From the NCBI GenBank assembly GCA_002633005.1, contig NMRA01000797.1, positions 14,293 through 78,292 of the forward strand: a stretch of 64,000 nucleotides of DNA. Direction: 5' to 3'. Positions 25,677 through 38,589 of this stretch are shown one piece after another. How positions within the stretch are numbered: position 1 is the stretch's first letter; each line of letters starts with the position of its first letter. The position numbers and the translations under genes were made by a program. Below the pieces are notes generated by a model. The model was not told the origin of the DNA and did not search any database. It was given only the letters and a program-made list of their open reading frames with translations. The DNA comes from Phoronis australis. Its lineage: Eukaryota > Animalia > Phoronida.

Positions 25677-26629
25677 AGGCCCCGATTCATACTAACATCG
25701 ATGTGTCATGTTTTAGGGAGTTGCGGTTAACTTCAAATTTAGCAGTGCCAGTTAACTTTGCAGTGTCAGGTGGACTTAACAGCGGAGCGTTGACGCCACT
25801 GGTGCAGTATGAATAGTTAACTTCTGTCCCATCGAAGTTATCACCAAACAGGGCCACTGTTGTCGTCAACTATTAAACAGCACTGTCGTCGCTAATAGAT
25901 GCTTATATCTTGCTCAAATAGATAAAGGTTGAGTCTTAAATACCAGGAATAAAAACTTACAAAAAGTTAGCAATGTTGCGTCCGCATCTCACGGACTTCA
26001 GCTTGGCTTGTGACGTTATCGTTATTCTGGCCAATTGGTGGCGTTTTGACCAGACGGTGCACATTGACGTCAGAACACCATTGTGAGACAAATTGAATCT
26101 TAAACCCCCTCAGTCTTTTATTTAAAGAGGGACTCTCAATGCACTCATGATTTGATTTGTCACACGTATGGGATGGTGGTCTGACGTCAATGCCGCGCCA
26201 TCTCGTCAAAACGCCACCAATCGGCCAGAGTAACGATAACATCACAAGCCAAGATGATGTCCGTGATATGCGGACGTAACGTCACTAATTTTTGTAAGTT
26301 TTTATTCCAGTATTAGACTCAAACTTTATCTGTTTTCTCAACTGGATGTCTCAAAAATTTTCATGCTTTTGCTTGAATAATCACCAATCGAAACACAAAA
26401 AAGTTCTATGGCAACTGGCACATGTAAATGCATGTTCCTAAATTGTCATACAGTAAAAAATCTCATCATGCATTAGTGATATTTTGCGATTACTTGACGA
26501 TGACAGCATCACCTACTGTTTACTTTGATGTCCGTTAACTACCGAAGTCGGTACAAACGGTTCAGGTAAATTCCCAGTTTACATTCAACACTCTACTCAG
26601 ACTGGAATTAAGTCAGTGTGAAAGGGTCT
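25677..26629. mobile_element. PIF/Harbinger-like element interrupted by a Penelope fragment
   Basis: Termini TAA|AGGCCCGATTCATACTAAC ... GTCAGTGTGAAAGGGTCT|TAG. Related copies at 50730-50859, ~51650-52107 and ~54170-54510 lack the insert. Confidence 0.6.
25919..26354. mobile_element. Penelope-like family B, inverted pair of 3' ends
   Basis: 25919-26090 and 26155-26335 are inverted copies. Minus strand encodes HECIESPSLNKRLRG. Matches 57189-57952 and 32060-32790. Confidence 0.75.
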
Positions 26630-26917
26630 TAGTGAATAGAGTCACTCTATTGAGGACTAGCCCACTAGCGAAATTGGAATGTGGATAAACTGTTCCTGCT
26701 GAACACAGGCATTGGAAAAATTCAAAACTTTTCTCCAAATCGATCCTTATCTTGATCCTTACCTATTTCAGGGGGAAACCATGTTCACAGCATGCAGACA
26801 AACTCCTTGGAACAACACTGATATTAAGAAGTAGAACTTCATTACCAAGGGTAACACAACCTTTAATTGTTGTTTCAACTCATTCACTCGGGAAAGTGTG
26901 ACTATGAAAAGGGAATT

Positions 26918-27337
26918 AAGCACTCGAAGGAACGACACTAGGCGAAATTAACTGAAAAGACCTCAAAGAAGATGATGATGGTGATGATGATAATGGTGGT
27001 GATGAACAGCATGATGAACAAAGACATTAGAAATCAGTAGGAGTCAACAAGAGAATAGCGTTATCAGAAAATCTCAAATAATTCGAAAAGTAGGCTTCCC
27101 AGCGAAAAATGAAAAACACCCTTTGAAAGTCCACTCAAAACTCTATGTAACGCAGTAGTTTCACAAAATTTCGTAAAATTTTTGAAAATTTTGCATTTTT
27201 TGAAATTTGAAGTGTCATAGAACTGAAAAGCGGTAAGTTTGAGAAAAATTATCACAGTTCATTTGAAATAGTATACCTTAAAGAAATGTACATGCAAAAA
27301 ATTCACATCATTAGCTTTTCCCGTTCAAAATTAGCAT
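26918..27337 (+). repeat. Interspersed repeat with (GAT)n, copy 2
   Basis: Direct match to 24187-24640. Confidence 0.7.
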
Positions 27338-27350
27338 CACAAAGCGAGTG

Positions 27351-28360
27351 ACAAGAGCAACGCAGAGCATTGAAATGCGCCCACAAATGCACTGCAAATG
27401 GCGTGCTTCTAGGGTTGTTTATTTGTTTCATAAAAATAGCCACTAGATGGCGCAAAAAATCCACTCCACCTGAAAACGGGAAAAATCCAGCTTCTTTAAT
27501 AGAAAGCTATTTACCAAATTTCATAAAAGTCAGTCAAGGAACTTCAGAGAAACAAAGGAAAACAGAAAAAAATGAAATTGTCACTATGAGGCACAGCATT
27601 CATTGGATCGGCCTGAAAGACGTCGTCTGTTGTTAGCTTCATATAAATATATTACTAAATTTAATGAAGATCATGTAGTGTGTTAAGGAGATGCAGCTAT
27701 GGGCGCAAAACAAAACTATCACTAGGAGGCACCACAGTAGTCGAATTCGTTATAGTCAACTGCCCTCTTCACACTTGAGAACATACACGCCAATTTTCAA
27801 AATCATCCTTAGAATGGTTTGGATGATCGAGGGGTGGATGCCAAAAAACACACTCGAAAACAGGAAAAGTGGCAACTAGGTGGTGCAAAGTACCTAAATT
27901 CCACCCGAAAACGGGAGGATAGCATCATCTTACCAATAGAAGGCCATCTTCCAAATTTCCTCAAAATCTGTTGAGGACCTTTGAAGATACAGAGCTAAAC
28001 CTAAAAAACAGAAATTGCCTCTAGGGCCAGCACACTAGTAGTCAGATCTGTCCGAAAATTGTTGTAATCTGTTATGAACATAATACACTTGCTCTATTTA
28101 GCAAAGATCCTGCAAACGGTTTAGGAGATACAGTCATGGGCTCAAAAAAAACAAAACTGCCACTAGGAGGCGCCACAGCAGTCAAAGTTGTCGAAAAATC
28201 ATCGTCACCTTTGTAGTAAGAACCCTTAGAGCCGTTTGGTTGATAGAGGGGTGGACCCACAAAAACAGACTAAAAACTGTAAAAAAAAGGCCACCAGGTG
28301 GCACAAACTACGTCAAATCCATCCGAAAATGGAATAATAGCGTCATCTCGCTAATACAGC
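27351..28360 (+). mobile_element. HINE/Helentron-like repeat with internal ~142-bp tandem array
   Basis: Begins ACAAGAGCAACGCAGAGCATTGAAATGCGCCCAC, the same start as 41665. Seven CCACTAGRWGGCRC-like motifs at ~142-bp spacing. The family assignment is inference from the ACAAG start and internal tandem repeats. Confidence 0.5.
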
Positions 28361-30307
28361 ACACATCATGAATTTTTTTCCCACCGGTCGGAAATTGGTC
28401 GACGACAGGCCGTCGACCGGTCAACAAATTAGCCGACCGGAAGCCAGCCGCAGTGCCGACTCATGAGGCGACTCCCCAACCGACCCTTTAGCCGACAGGC
28501 CATCAGCTGACCAGCTATAATTTTTAGGCTAGAGTAGCAGTTGCGAAAGTTTGTCAGGCTGATACCACTTTGCATGTCGATGCACACTCGTCTTAGCACA
28601 GGGTCAAATAAATTAACCTAGTTTTACTGTCTTTGTTACATGAGTTCACTTCGGTTGTGTATCACCACTAATTCGAAGGTTGAAGGCAAGCGGTAATAGT
28701 AAATATTGGATTATGAACAATGCAAGTTTTGGATAAAAAACATGAGTTTTCTTTACATTTGATCTATAATTTGACTCTACATCGTCTGCTTCCTGGTCAA
28801 TGCAACGCCGTAGTCATTTTGTAAACACAGCTATTTTTGACAGTCTTCGCCCACAATTGATTTTTGTTTGTGTAACGCCAAACTGCATTTTTTGCATTTT
28901 TTAAGTTATTCATGGGTCTCCTATCACGCGCCCATGATGATGAGATAGTGAGTGAGTTGTTACACCGCGAAGAGCTCTCACTCCGGGGAATTTATTTTCA
29001 TAGTATTAACCCTTGCAGTACAGACGCGAAATTCACGGCCCAGTATATAGTTACGATTTCCACAAACTTAGACGGTGACATCAAACATGGAATGACCACT
29101 GTTGAGGCTACAGCCAATTCTAGGTTTGCGCATTCCGTTTTCATGTATCGGTGACGTTAAAACCTGGGCTAGTTACATATACACGTAGGCCCCTATCAGT
29201 TGGTCGTTCACGGTGTTCCAAAAATAAATATTTTTGACAATCGTGTAAAATAAAACAATTGGGAATGGGAAGATGTGAATATGTGGTGAACAGGTTTTGT
29301 CTCTTAACGTGGCATATGTGCGTGAATCTCTGGTAAAGCGATTGCGATGTCGAACACAAAATGATAGAAAATACATCAAGGTCGGCAATTACCATTTTAT
29401 GACTTAGCGGGTGAACTTTGGCCAAACAAACATTTAACTGTTCGCTGTTCGTTCACCAGTGGCAACACCGGTCTTGACTTCCGTTTATCAACTTTTGTTC
29501 AACTCTTGAAAGGAGGTAAAATAGAATCAACCTACAAATACGAAGTGCGTGACATTACACCAACGTAAACTTTATGTTGAATTACTAACGGCATGGTAAA
29601 ATCAAACGTTAAGTGATATCGCGGAAGCATAATTTCTGTCTCTTAGTATGAGACTTTTATAAAGTACATTATGCATAAAAACAAGCGAGAAATTTTGAAA
29701 TTTCACAGTAAAATTGCACAAAAATCAGAACACATTGCTCACACAGAAGACCAAAAAACAAATCAAGACCAAAATTCACCACGTCAAGACTGAAATTTAT
29801 CACATTAGCACCTATAATTTATCACGTGAGGACCAAAAATTCTTCACTTCAGGATCAAAATTAAACACGACTGAACTGAAAAATTCAATAAGTCAGGTCC
29901 AAAAACTTGCCATATCAGTAACTTTTCACGCCAGGACACCAAGTCACCATCCCCATGCATTGATCCTTCAAAGTGATAATGTCCGTACCACACGTATAAA
30001 GAAAGGCTAAGTGTTCAACCTCATAATATCTTGGAAATGCGGTTGAATTTCTTTCATCTAATCCACGTTTTACAACAGATGCCAATGTATAGGTACACAC
30101 TGGATAGTCATTCTTGCATAATGGGTGATCAAGTAGTCCCGGCATGAAAACAATTCTCTCCTGGTGTGATAAGTTTTCTGATGCAAAAAATCCTGGCTGC
30201 CAATTGTTTTTGACTGTACAGAGATTTCAATTCCTGAATAGAAAATGTGTGTTCTGGATTTTTCCGCTTCAGCTTTCCATTCAGCTAACTAGTGTACAAC
30301 AGTGGTT

Positions 30308-30490
30308 TTAATATCCTGTGGCAGCTCCACTGCAACGAATCACTTCTGGTACAACCTTCCGTAAATGCTGTACGTATTTTGCACATTTCTTCGGAGTAAC
30401 AGTTTTCCAAGAGCTACATATTCATTGCACAAGTTTCTGTTTGGTATTCGACTTTATTTCCTTTCTCAGGTAGTCCTTGAGCTCATGCTC
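30308..30490 (-). pseudogene. Tc1/mariner-like DDE transposase C-terminal remnant
   Basis: Minus-strand frame reads HELKDYLRKEIKSNTKQKLVQ*ICSSWKTVTPKKCAKYVQHLRKVVPEVIRCSGAATGY*. This resembles the Tc1-type C-terminus (ELK..LR...W...CxKY..HL.KV.P.VI...G..TGY) and has one in-frame stop at 30422-30424. Confidence 0.65.
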
Positions 30491-32059
30491 CGAAAGTTTT
30501 GAAAACGCAGCTCTTTCTTTACGCAGATACGTTTTCTGCCCACGCGTACATGTATGACGTACGCCCGTGGGCATCGACTCGCTGAAAATGCCCTCAAAAG
30601 TGGACTTTTTTAAAAGACCGTGTTGACCGTATTCGTCAGTGTAGAAAAGCGAAATGAACAAATTTGTACACATTGCTCAAAAAACTTTGTGGACATACGG
30701 AAACGCCAACGTCTCTGTCTTACAACGCTGCGTGTGCTTGGCATTTCAGACAAAGCGCTCATACGTCTGAAATTTTTTTAAGATTGAACACCGAGACACA
30801 TATTGAAACCGTAATTGCCGCCATTTCCAAGTCGCGATCGTTTGCGGGGACATTGCGCGCAAACAGCGGGACCAAACAGTGTCGCAGTACGATATTGTAG
30901 GTGATATTGTAATAGGATTGATATCATAATCTGGAAATCTTGCATGTAAAATAAAAATGTTTTCCACCACAAAATTTGGTAAGTTGGTCGTTTACCAAAT
31001 GAATAGAAACATTGCTGTTTTCTGACGTTTTATTACATATGTATGCCATGGATCAGATCGCATGTTACGACTATGTACAAGATGACCAAAATCTTGGCTC
31101 GCATTTTCAAAATTTAGGTCGCCAATGCGACCTGCAGCTCATTATGTCTAGCGCCGAGTCCCGTTTGCAACAACACCGACTCAGTAAGGACGCTTTGCTC
31201 GTTACAACTCGCCACTAATTTCATCGCATAACATTTTTTAACCATTGGTGCCGTTTACCCGAATAATGTGGACTTCGTCTTCGAATTAATTTTACAGACA
31301 CAGGTAGGCTAGGTGTATGAACTACGTCTTTCCCAGACTCTACTGTACGGGTTCATTAGACTCATCCCATTCACAGTGTTAGTATTTTTTAAAATTAAAA
31401 TCTTAAGTACTTATTTTTGAGTAATGCCTTTGTGGTAACTTTTGATTGACAACTGGCTTATGTCTGCGTACCTGTGCCGGGTGGTCAAAATAAAACAGCC
31501 GCAGAACCTCATTACGTTGAAAATGTCATTGAATCAGGGAGTCTTGAACATAAACATCCCAAACACAAAAACACCTGAATTAGTTTTCCAAACCTTAATT
31601 ACAAACAATTTAAAACTGCTCTCTAACACGTGATTCTGCTGTGACCTATGCAGCACGTGAAGGTTGCACGCGCGCACTTTGCACTGTCAAGTCAGTGAGG
31701 ATAGTTGCAATCCAAGGGGAACGCTGCTTAGTCACTGGTCGTCTGCGCTCTACAGGTACAGCTCTAAGAAGACCGCAGGACAGCACAGGCTATTAGTCAG
31801 CAATTTTGTAAATTTAACTGAAATGATTAATCTGAGGGCAACAGAACTTTTTCTGGGATCATCCGCTATTATAACATTTTTACCGTCATTTGGCGATGTG
31901 GCAATAAAGCTCGGAAAAGTGCTGCTAAATTTCGGAACAGTTCTTCTAGCATAGATAAAATTTGAGTCTCATACTGGAATTTGAAATAAAACTGATTAGA
32001 GTTAGCGAAGTTACATACATCTCTCATGGATTTCAGCTTAGCTAGTGATAACTAATAGG

Positions 32060-32790
32060 TAGCCTTTTAACCAGATGGCACGGCATTGAGGTCAGTACTC
32101 TAACCCATAAGTGTGACGGATGGAACCTTAATCCACCTCGTTTATTAAGAGAGGGACTCTCGATTCGTCCATGGAATGCTTCCTTGACATCCCTTCTGAA
32201 CCAGTCTTCCGCACGGTCTATGATAGTGACATCATCCCAATTGAAATCATGTCCAGTGGCGCATAATGTGGCTAAAATAGCCGAGTCATAAGTGTCCCCT
32301 TAACTAGAGCGACGATGTTGTGACATGCATTTTAATGCACCTAATAGCTGTCTGAGCACTGGGGATTCTTGCACTGAAAACCATAGACAAGACATGATTT
32401 ATTACCCTTGGGGGTCTTGTCCTTGACATTAACGAGTTGGCTGCAGAGAGAATTAAACCGTTTGTGGATGATAGAAATGTCAAACTGTTTAAATATCCTA
32501 TTGAAGTGGTCAGAAAGTCCCTGAACGAAGGGAATCAACACACGAGTAGGGGGATTCATAGTGGTGGTTGTCTGAGTGTTGACTTTTCTCTTCTCTGAAC
32601 TTCCCCCTATGGTGAACGACCAAAGTGGATAACCGCATTTGCCACCTTTTATCCAGAATAATAATGATATTACTAGCCAAGGTGAAATCTGTGACAGACG
32701 GACGCAATGTCACTAATTCTAGTAAGTTTTATTTCAAATTCCAGTATTAGATCCATATTTCATTTGTTTTCTCAACTGGACTCTTCAAAA
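32060..32790 (-). mobile_element. Penelope-like family B fragment (linker + GIY-YIG remnant) with inverted 3' end
   Basis: Minus strand encodes IPFVQGLSDHFNRIFK...HKRFNSLCSQLVNVKDKTP...VYGFQC...C...Y and HDFNWDDVTIIDRAEDWFRRDVKEA...SPSLNKRGG. A plus-strand pLTR copy lies at ~32640-32790. Confidence 0.8.
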
Positions 32791-34976
32791 TCTTTGTTTT
32801 TAGTTCTTCTAACTGACTTTCGCAGAGAGAGAGGCGGGTGTCATATCAAAATATATCAAATCTGCCTAACATTGAGAAAGCAACATTGTCATCTCAATAC
32901 CAACATTCATGAAATTTCATAAATTTCTATGACGGAACTTGGTAGACACAAAGAAAAACGTAAAGGGGCAATTCCATTTGTGATGGACATAGGAAAATAA
33001 CTAATACATCACTTGATAGGTCTCACTGACAGCTTTCAAAGCATTATCAACTTTTCCCCTGTTTTAATCTTACTATGAAAATCGCCTTTAAAGGGGTGTG
33101 ACGGATGTACGCAGAGAATTTGAATTTTTTGAAAAAAAATTTTTAACGTTAATTTTCTGTGAGTTGCATTAAGTTACATTTTTGTTTTGTATAATGATAT
33201 AGTGGAATGTTTGCAAAGTACAACACACTAATTTTTTTGATGATATCTTTCAAGAAATTTTTGTCAGACAGCTCAATAAAAGCTTAGTTATTGTGACGGA
33301 CGTACGTGATAGACGTACGGTCTGAATTTCTAGTATTAAATTGTTTGTTGTTACTAAGATATCAACTTAGAATGATTCAACCTTTTGCAGCACTTAAAGT
33401 CCTTCTCTCAAACTGCCCATGTGGTTCCAGTATCCGAAAATACTTACTACATAAAATCTTATTTTCGACACCCTATATTCTTTTCGCCTTTCTTGCCAAA
33501 AGTGATTTTTTTAACTGTTACAGTATATGACCCTTCTCTGTTAGCGTATAAGTACCGGCTGTCATCAGTTATTTCCGTACCCACATTTCGGGCTCATCAG
33601 TTCAGGAACTTGTCCTGAACGTCGTCATTTTTTCCTTGTAACTGAATGTGCTATGGCTTGCTCGAAAAGTCTTCATTATTTTGTTTTATTAGTAATATCT
33701 CGTGATTCGTTTGCATATGTAGTGTATTTATAGTTCGTAGTTAGTGGTTCTTGATTTTTTTTGGAATGTTACGCGTACTTAGTATGTTAAAATAGCATTG
33801 GTGTTTAGTTCCTTACGTAGGCCGGTCGAACCTAGGAACCAAATATGAGTCGAACCAATTTTTTCGGTTTTATTTTGTTTCTCGTTTTGAAAAAGTACTT
33901 TGCTATCATCGGAAAGGTAGTGCATTCTACTCAGTAAAAATCGAAAAAGTATCAAAATCCGGGCAAGCAGTGTAAAGTTATTGCAAGTTTTGTGGCGGAA
34001 TTTGGGTCACTTTGTTTGGATCGCGTCGGCCATATTGGAGGACAGCGGGATACGTTACGAGTTTAAAACTTTGTGTAAATTGTTTTCGCCAATACGGTGA
34101 AATTTAGTTAGACATATCTTTACTTACTATTCTGCACGATTTAACAGTGTTCACCAAATTTCAGCCTCACAGTTGTTACTCATTAAGTGATAAATTTTCT
34201 CACAATTCCCGTTGGGACTTCGTCTCATTTCTGGCGGCACCAACAACATGGCGACTTTTGCTGAACTGAAAGGCATGTTCAATCGGCTACTTTGTAATTT
34301 GTGAAGATTTAACGTTGATATATTTTGACAAACGTTGCTAAAAAAGAAACTTTGTTCAATTTTCGTGTTTTTTGTGCAAAAATATAACATGTATTCGAAT
34401 TATTTTACTGTAAATTTCCCATTCAGGTGATCTTACACTAAGCTAAAAAAATAGTTGAAATAATTTTGAAATGGTTTTTTGTTTGACTGTCAACTGCTGT
34501 TCAAGACTTGATTCGGTGTCACAAAATGATTCATATTTTTCTAAATTTTAAGCCTCAATTGCTTTCAAGTCATGTTTTGTAACTTACTGCTTCTTAATTC
34601 AGGTTATCAACTCAACAATATGAATAATCTCAATTTGAGAAATAAGCTATGTTGGATTGTGAAGCTTCAAGCCTCTAATTCTTGTTCCTTGCAACTTCAT
34701 ATTTTTTTAAATGATGCTTGTCAAATTCTGGAGTAAGAAAACACTATTCCGTCATCATGGTAATACAGTGCTGATCGAATCCAATGTCCTATCGAACGAA
34801 CTTCAGCCTCAGTCAGGCCTCGGGTGACCTTCAACCGGAGTGAGGTCAGGCTTCGCCCGGACGCGTTCTGAACTCGGTTGGGATGTGACTCACCCTAAGA
34901 CTGGCCTAGGTTGGACTCGGTTGGACTGCGGTTATTGAGTCATTAAATGTCCGGGGGGTTACCCCTGCATATGCTN

Positions 34977-35018
34977 TAGGCCTACTAACAAGCTGTATAG
35001 GCCTACTAACAAGCTGTA
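34977..35018. repeat. 21-bp tandem duplication
   Basis: TAGGCCTACTAACAAGCTGTA repeated twice. Confidence 0.8.
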
Positions 35019-37340
35019 TTTTGACGATAGTCTTCACTGGTAGCTGGTGACTGAGGCTAACTAAGGTCTGCCGCGGCAGTGTGACACAGGACTAACCCGG
35101 CAGCCTGTAATTTCATGCAAGTGTCTGAAACTACCCTTGAATATATGCAGCACTTATGATTTGACCATTTTACTTCGACAAAACAGCCAGTGTCTGGTCT
35201 CGATCTGCACCGGGTCCGATAGGCTGCGGTCCCGAGTCTGGCAAAATAATTTCTGTCAAAAAATTTTCGCCACATTTCTTCAGCAAATTCGATAAAATTG
35301 TCCGTAATTCAATGTTTTTTAATTAAAATGTACCGACTGACCTTTCATACAAAATCATCACACGTAGGCCTATGCTAGGAGTATACTCTAGGATATTAAC
35401 TCTTCAACACATTTAATTAAAGATATAAAACAACCACCTAAAATCTTCACTTCCCTTTCAAGATGGTAAGCCGTATAGGTGGTAATGAGAATGATAATCA
35501 CTTTGTACTTGACAGTTACTAGTTATCATGAAAACCTGTTTTATGGGTTAAATAAAATACTCATTCAAAACCAATAAGTAAATGTGACTGTCAAAATATA
35601 AAATCTGAAGTAAAATTTTAAAATGTTACTAACCACTGTCATAAAAACAGAATTTAATTGTTTTTCAAATTAGAACTCGCCCTAAGCTTGCATAAAATTA
35701 TTCTCTGGACCATGTCGTTGATGGTTCTGATGAATGCCATGTAAGTAATAATCATGGGTTTTTTTAAAAAGTATTAGTAACAGGACTTCAGTATCTTCTT
35801 AAAACAAAGTGTGAAGAATGGTTTAGTAGACAACATCGACTTTTGGCAAACATACTTTGATAAACATCACCTGTGCTTTCTGTGAAAACAAGACATTTTT
35901 TAATAAATTGAATTTAGAATTATGACTTAGGAATATGTAGAATTGACTTTAGTTATCAGATGTTGGTTTCTATTTAGTGATTAGCATGTATTGATTAGGT
36001 TTTAATCCAGCTCTTTAACTCATGCATTCTTTTCAAATTTAAGGAGAGGCTGCTTAAAATAATGTCACATGAAAGTACGCACAAGTACAATAAATTATGA
36101 ATTTCTAGATCCACGATGGCATTTTTTTTTGAGTTTCAAAGAACATTCGGGAAGATATTTGTTCTTCTCCCAGTTGCTTCTGTTCTGTTGGTGGTCTCCA
36201 TCAATTTCCTCTTATCGTTTCTAACCACTGATTTAATATCCTAGAAGCTCCGCAGAAAAAATTAGTCCAATTTTTAAAAAGATTGAGGGATCAAAAATAC
36301 GTAAGATGAGACAATGTAATCATTTGCTTTAAAACATTTCATACAAGCCACCCAATGACCCAATACACTGAAAAACACAAAAGGGGCAAATACAATCAGT
36401 GAGGCTGTGACAAAAATGCTCAATAAAGTAGGTGAAAGGTTCCCACTGCTTAAAAATGCCCAGTAGAAGCTTTTTCAACACCCAACACAGTATAGCAGGT
36501 CAGAGCAGAAATAACATGTGGACTCCAGTGCACGCAATAGCAACTTGACATGTATTCGTTTAGGTCTCTTGTTATTTATACTCTAGAGTACCTTAGGAAT
36601 TCTTTTGTATGAAGATTTAGCACCTTGAATTTCCCAATAGCTAACTAAAGCATTTCTTTATAAACACGGGGTAAGAACAGATAAACAATAAGTTCATTAA
36701 ATTAGCATTTTGTTTTATTTACATTTTACAATGTGGGCCAACTGTCTGATTTTAATAAGTTGAATTCTACTAAGATTAACTAGATGACATTGTAAACTAT
36801 AACTTTTCAGCAAATATTTTTGAAATTGAAAAAATCCCTTGCATTTTGTTTAAATCTGTAGCAACTTATTCACATAATTTTAAAACTGCCTTTGTAATAT
36901 TTTATTGTTTTAAATTTGTTAGGTGTTTGATACATTTTCTATTGAGGTAACGCTCAGCATGATAGAAGCATTGGTTCACTTGAGCTCCAACTGTTTTGAT
37001 TTCTGGTCTCTCCCTTTCACAATGCATTTTGATGTGTACCTGTACAGTCTCTTCTCTACCTGTGTCGCTTGTTTTGTGTTTGTAACTGTTTCCTTGAGAA
37101 TGGTTTAATGAAATAAACCGAAACTTGGATTGGATAGATATGTCGTTATTTACTTAGGCGCTAATTTTAAAGTTCGTGCTTTTGTTCTGGCCTAAATCAA
37201 ATGTGATCATTCTTGAAAGGGTTTCGGAGATACAGCTGCAGTAGATGGCAGAAACACCCAAATGCCTAAACCGAGATGAGATCAACATGCACCCACACTG
37301 TGTATGTGGGTGCCTTTGCATAGGAAGCATCAATACGTAC

Positions 37341-37422
37341 CAGGCCTGGACAGTGGCTTTTTACCTTTCGGTTTTGGCAAATTACTATTGCTGCTGCTGC
37401 TGGTTTGACTATCATCTTCAGG
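37341..37422 (-). other. Candidate isolated coding exon (unassigned)
   Basis: Minus strand tttgtttcag|CCTGAAGAT...AGGCCTG|gtacgt; open frame PEDDSQTSSSSNSNLPKPKGKKPLSRP. No partner exons established. Confidence 0.25.
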
Positions 37423-38589
37423 CTGAAACAAACGCCAGAAATCAAGGTCAACAATCACAACAAAATAAAATCTGGATGTAGCACTTGTTACTCAGAACCA
37501 CAGACTGAAAGAGAGAATTTTTAATTTACAATGGTGTATATTCTGGTTAATGCAGTCTCCAATTTGTATGGTCCAGATGTTAACTCCAGTTTTACCTTGC
37601 GACCTACATTGTGAATAAAGGAATTGACATTTTTCATTATGACACACAGCACATACCTAACGGAGGCCAATGAAAAAATTGAACAGAGCATTTTGGGATA
37701 AAATTAATAAAATATGGGATGCACTTCACTGTTTGCATCACATAATAGATTTTCACAGCAAGTATAACCTATTGTCTTGGGTGTAGTAGAAGAAAACTTC
37801 TGAAAATAGAATAAATATAGCTCTCATTTACTAAGCAATGGGATAAATAAATAAAAATGTCTTACTGGTAAGTTAAAAGACTTAAAAAAAACATTTATTT
37901 CAACAATGTGATAATAAAGATGTCTGGTTGAGATGTCCACAATATTAACATAACACTAGTAAAGACATCGGACTTCTTCAGAAGAATAACTGATGAACAG
38001 AAAGCTGTCGAGACGATAAAACAACTAACAAAATTTAATGACATTAATGAAAAACTGAAATGTTGTCTTTTTAAACTTACCAAGATCAACACATTAGCAT
38101 GGATATGCTGTCATGGTGAATTAAAATGATAAATTTTATGACTTTATTGTCCTCAGAGGTGCTTTCGAGCACTTACGTAAGTTTCTGCAATACTCATTCG
38201 AGTTAACACATAGGACACTACAACGAGAAACTCAAAAATCAAGGGGTGGGCCCGCTTTAAAGTCAAATGTCTGAGATGGGTGTCAAAGACCCCACTATTC
38301 GGGCAAACACCCAGAAAACTACATTTTATATCAGACTCACATGCACTAGTCGACTAAAACTAGGATAATTATAAGCATTCCATGTCCAAAAAGCTATGGT
38401 GGCACTGACACAGACTGTCAGCCAGATTTGCTATCTTTGGGCAAAAAATTGAACGAGACAGATGTTCATGAAGAAGGAAGTCTTGATGGTACAGATTCAA
38501 GTAATAATGAACTGAAATTTTTCCAAGCCCAGAAGTACTTCTCGTCTGTCAGATAGGACTAAGTTGAGATCTTTTTTATAGTGGTCAAG

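Noticed and set aside
27440-28304. Regularly spaced repeats resembling a CRISPR array
   Set aside because: Eukaryotic context, degenerate 14-bp motifs, spacers that are themselves homologous, and no cas genes.
33560-33606. Minus-strand CTGATGAGCCCGAAA hammerhead-like string
   Set aside because: Stem II is too short or mis-registered, and there is no valid stem I/III or cleavage triplet.
34247-34450. AACATGGCG start (MATFAELK) as first exon of a host gene
   Set aside because: The donor would be non-canonical (GCATGT), and the next candidate exon hits stops quickly.
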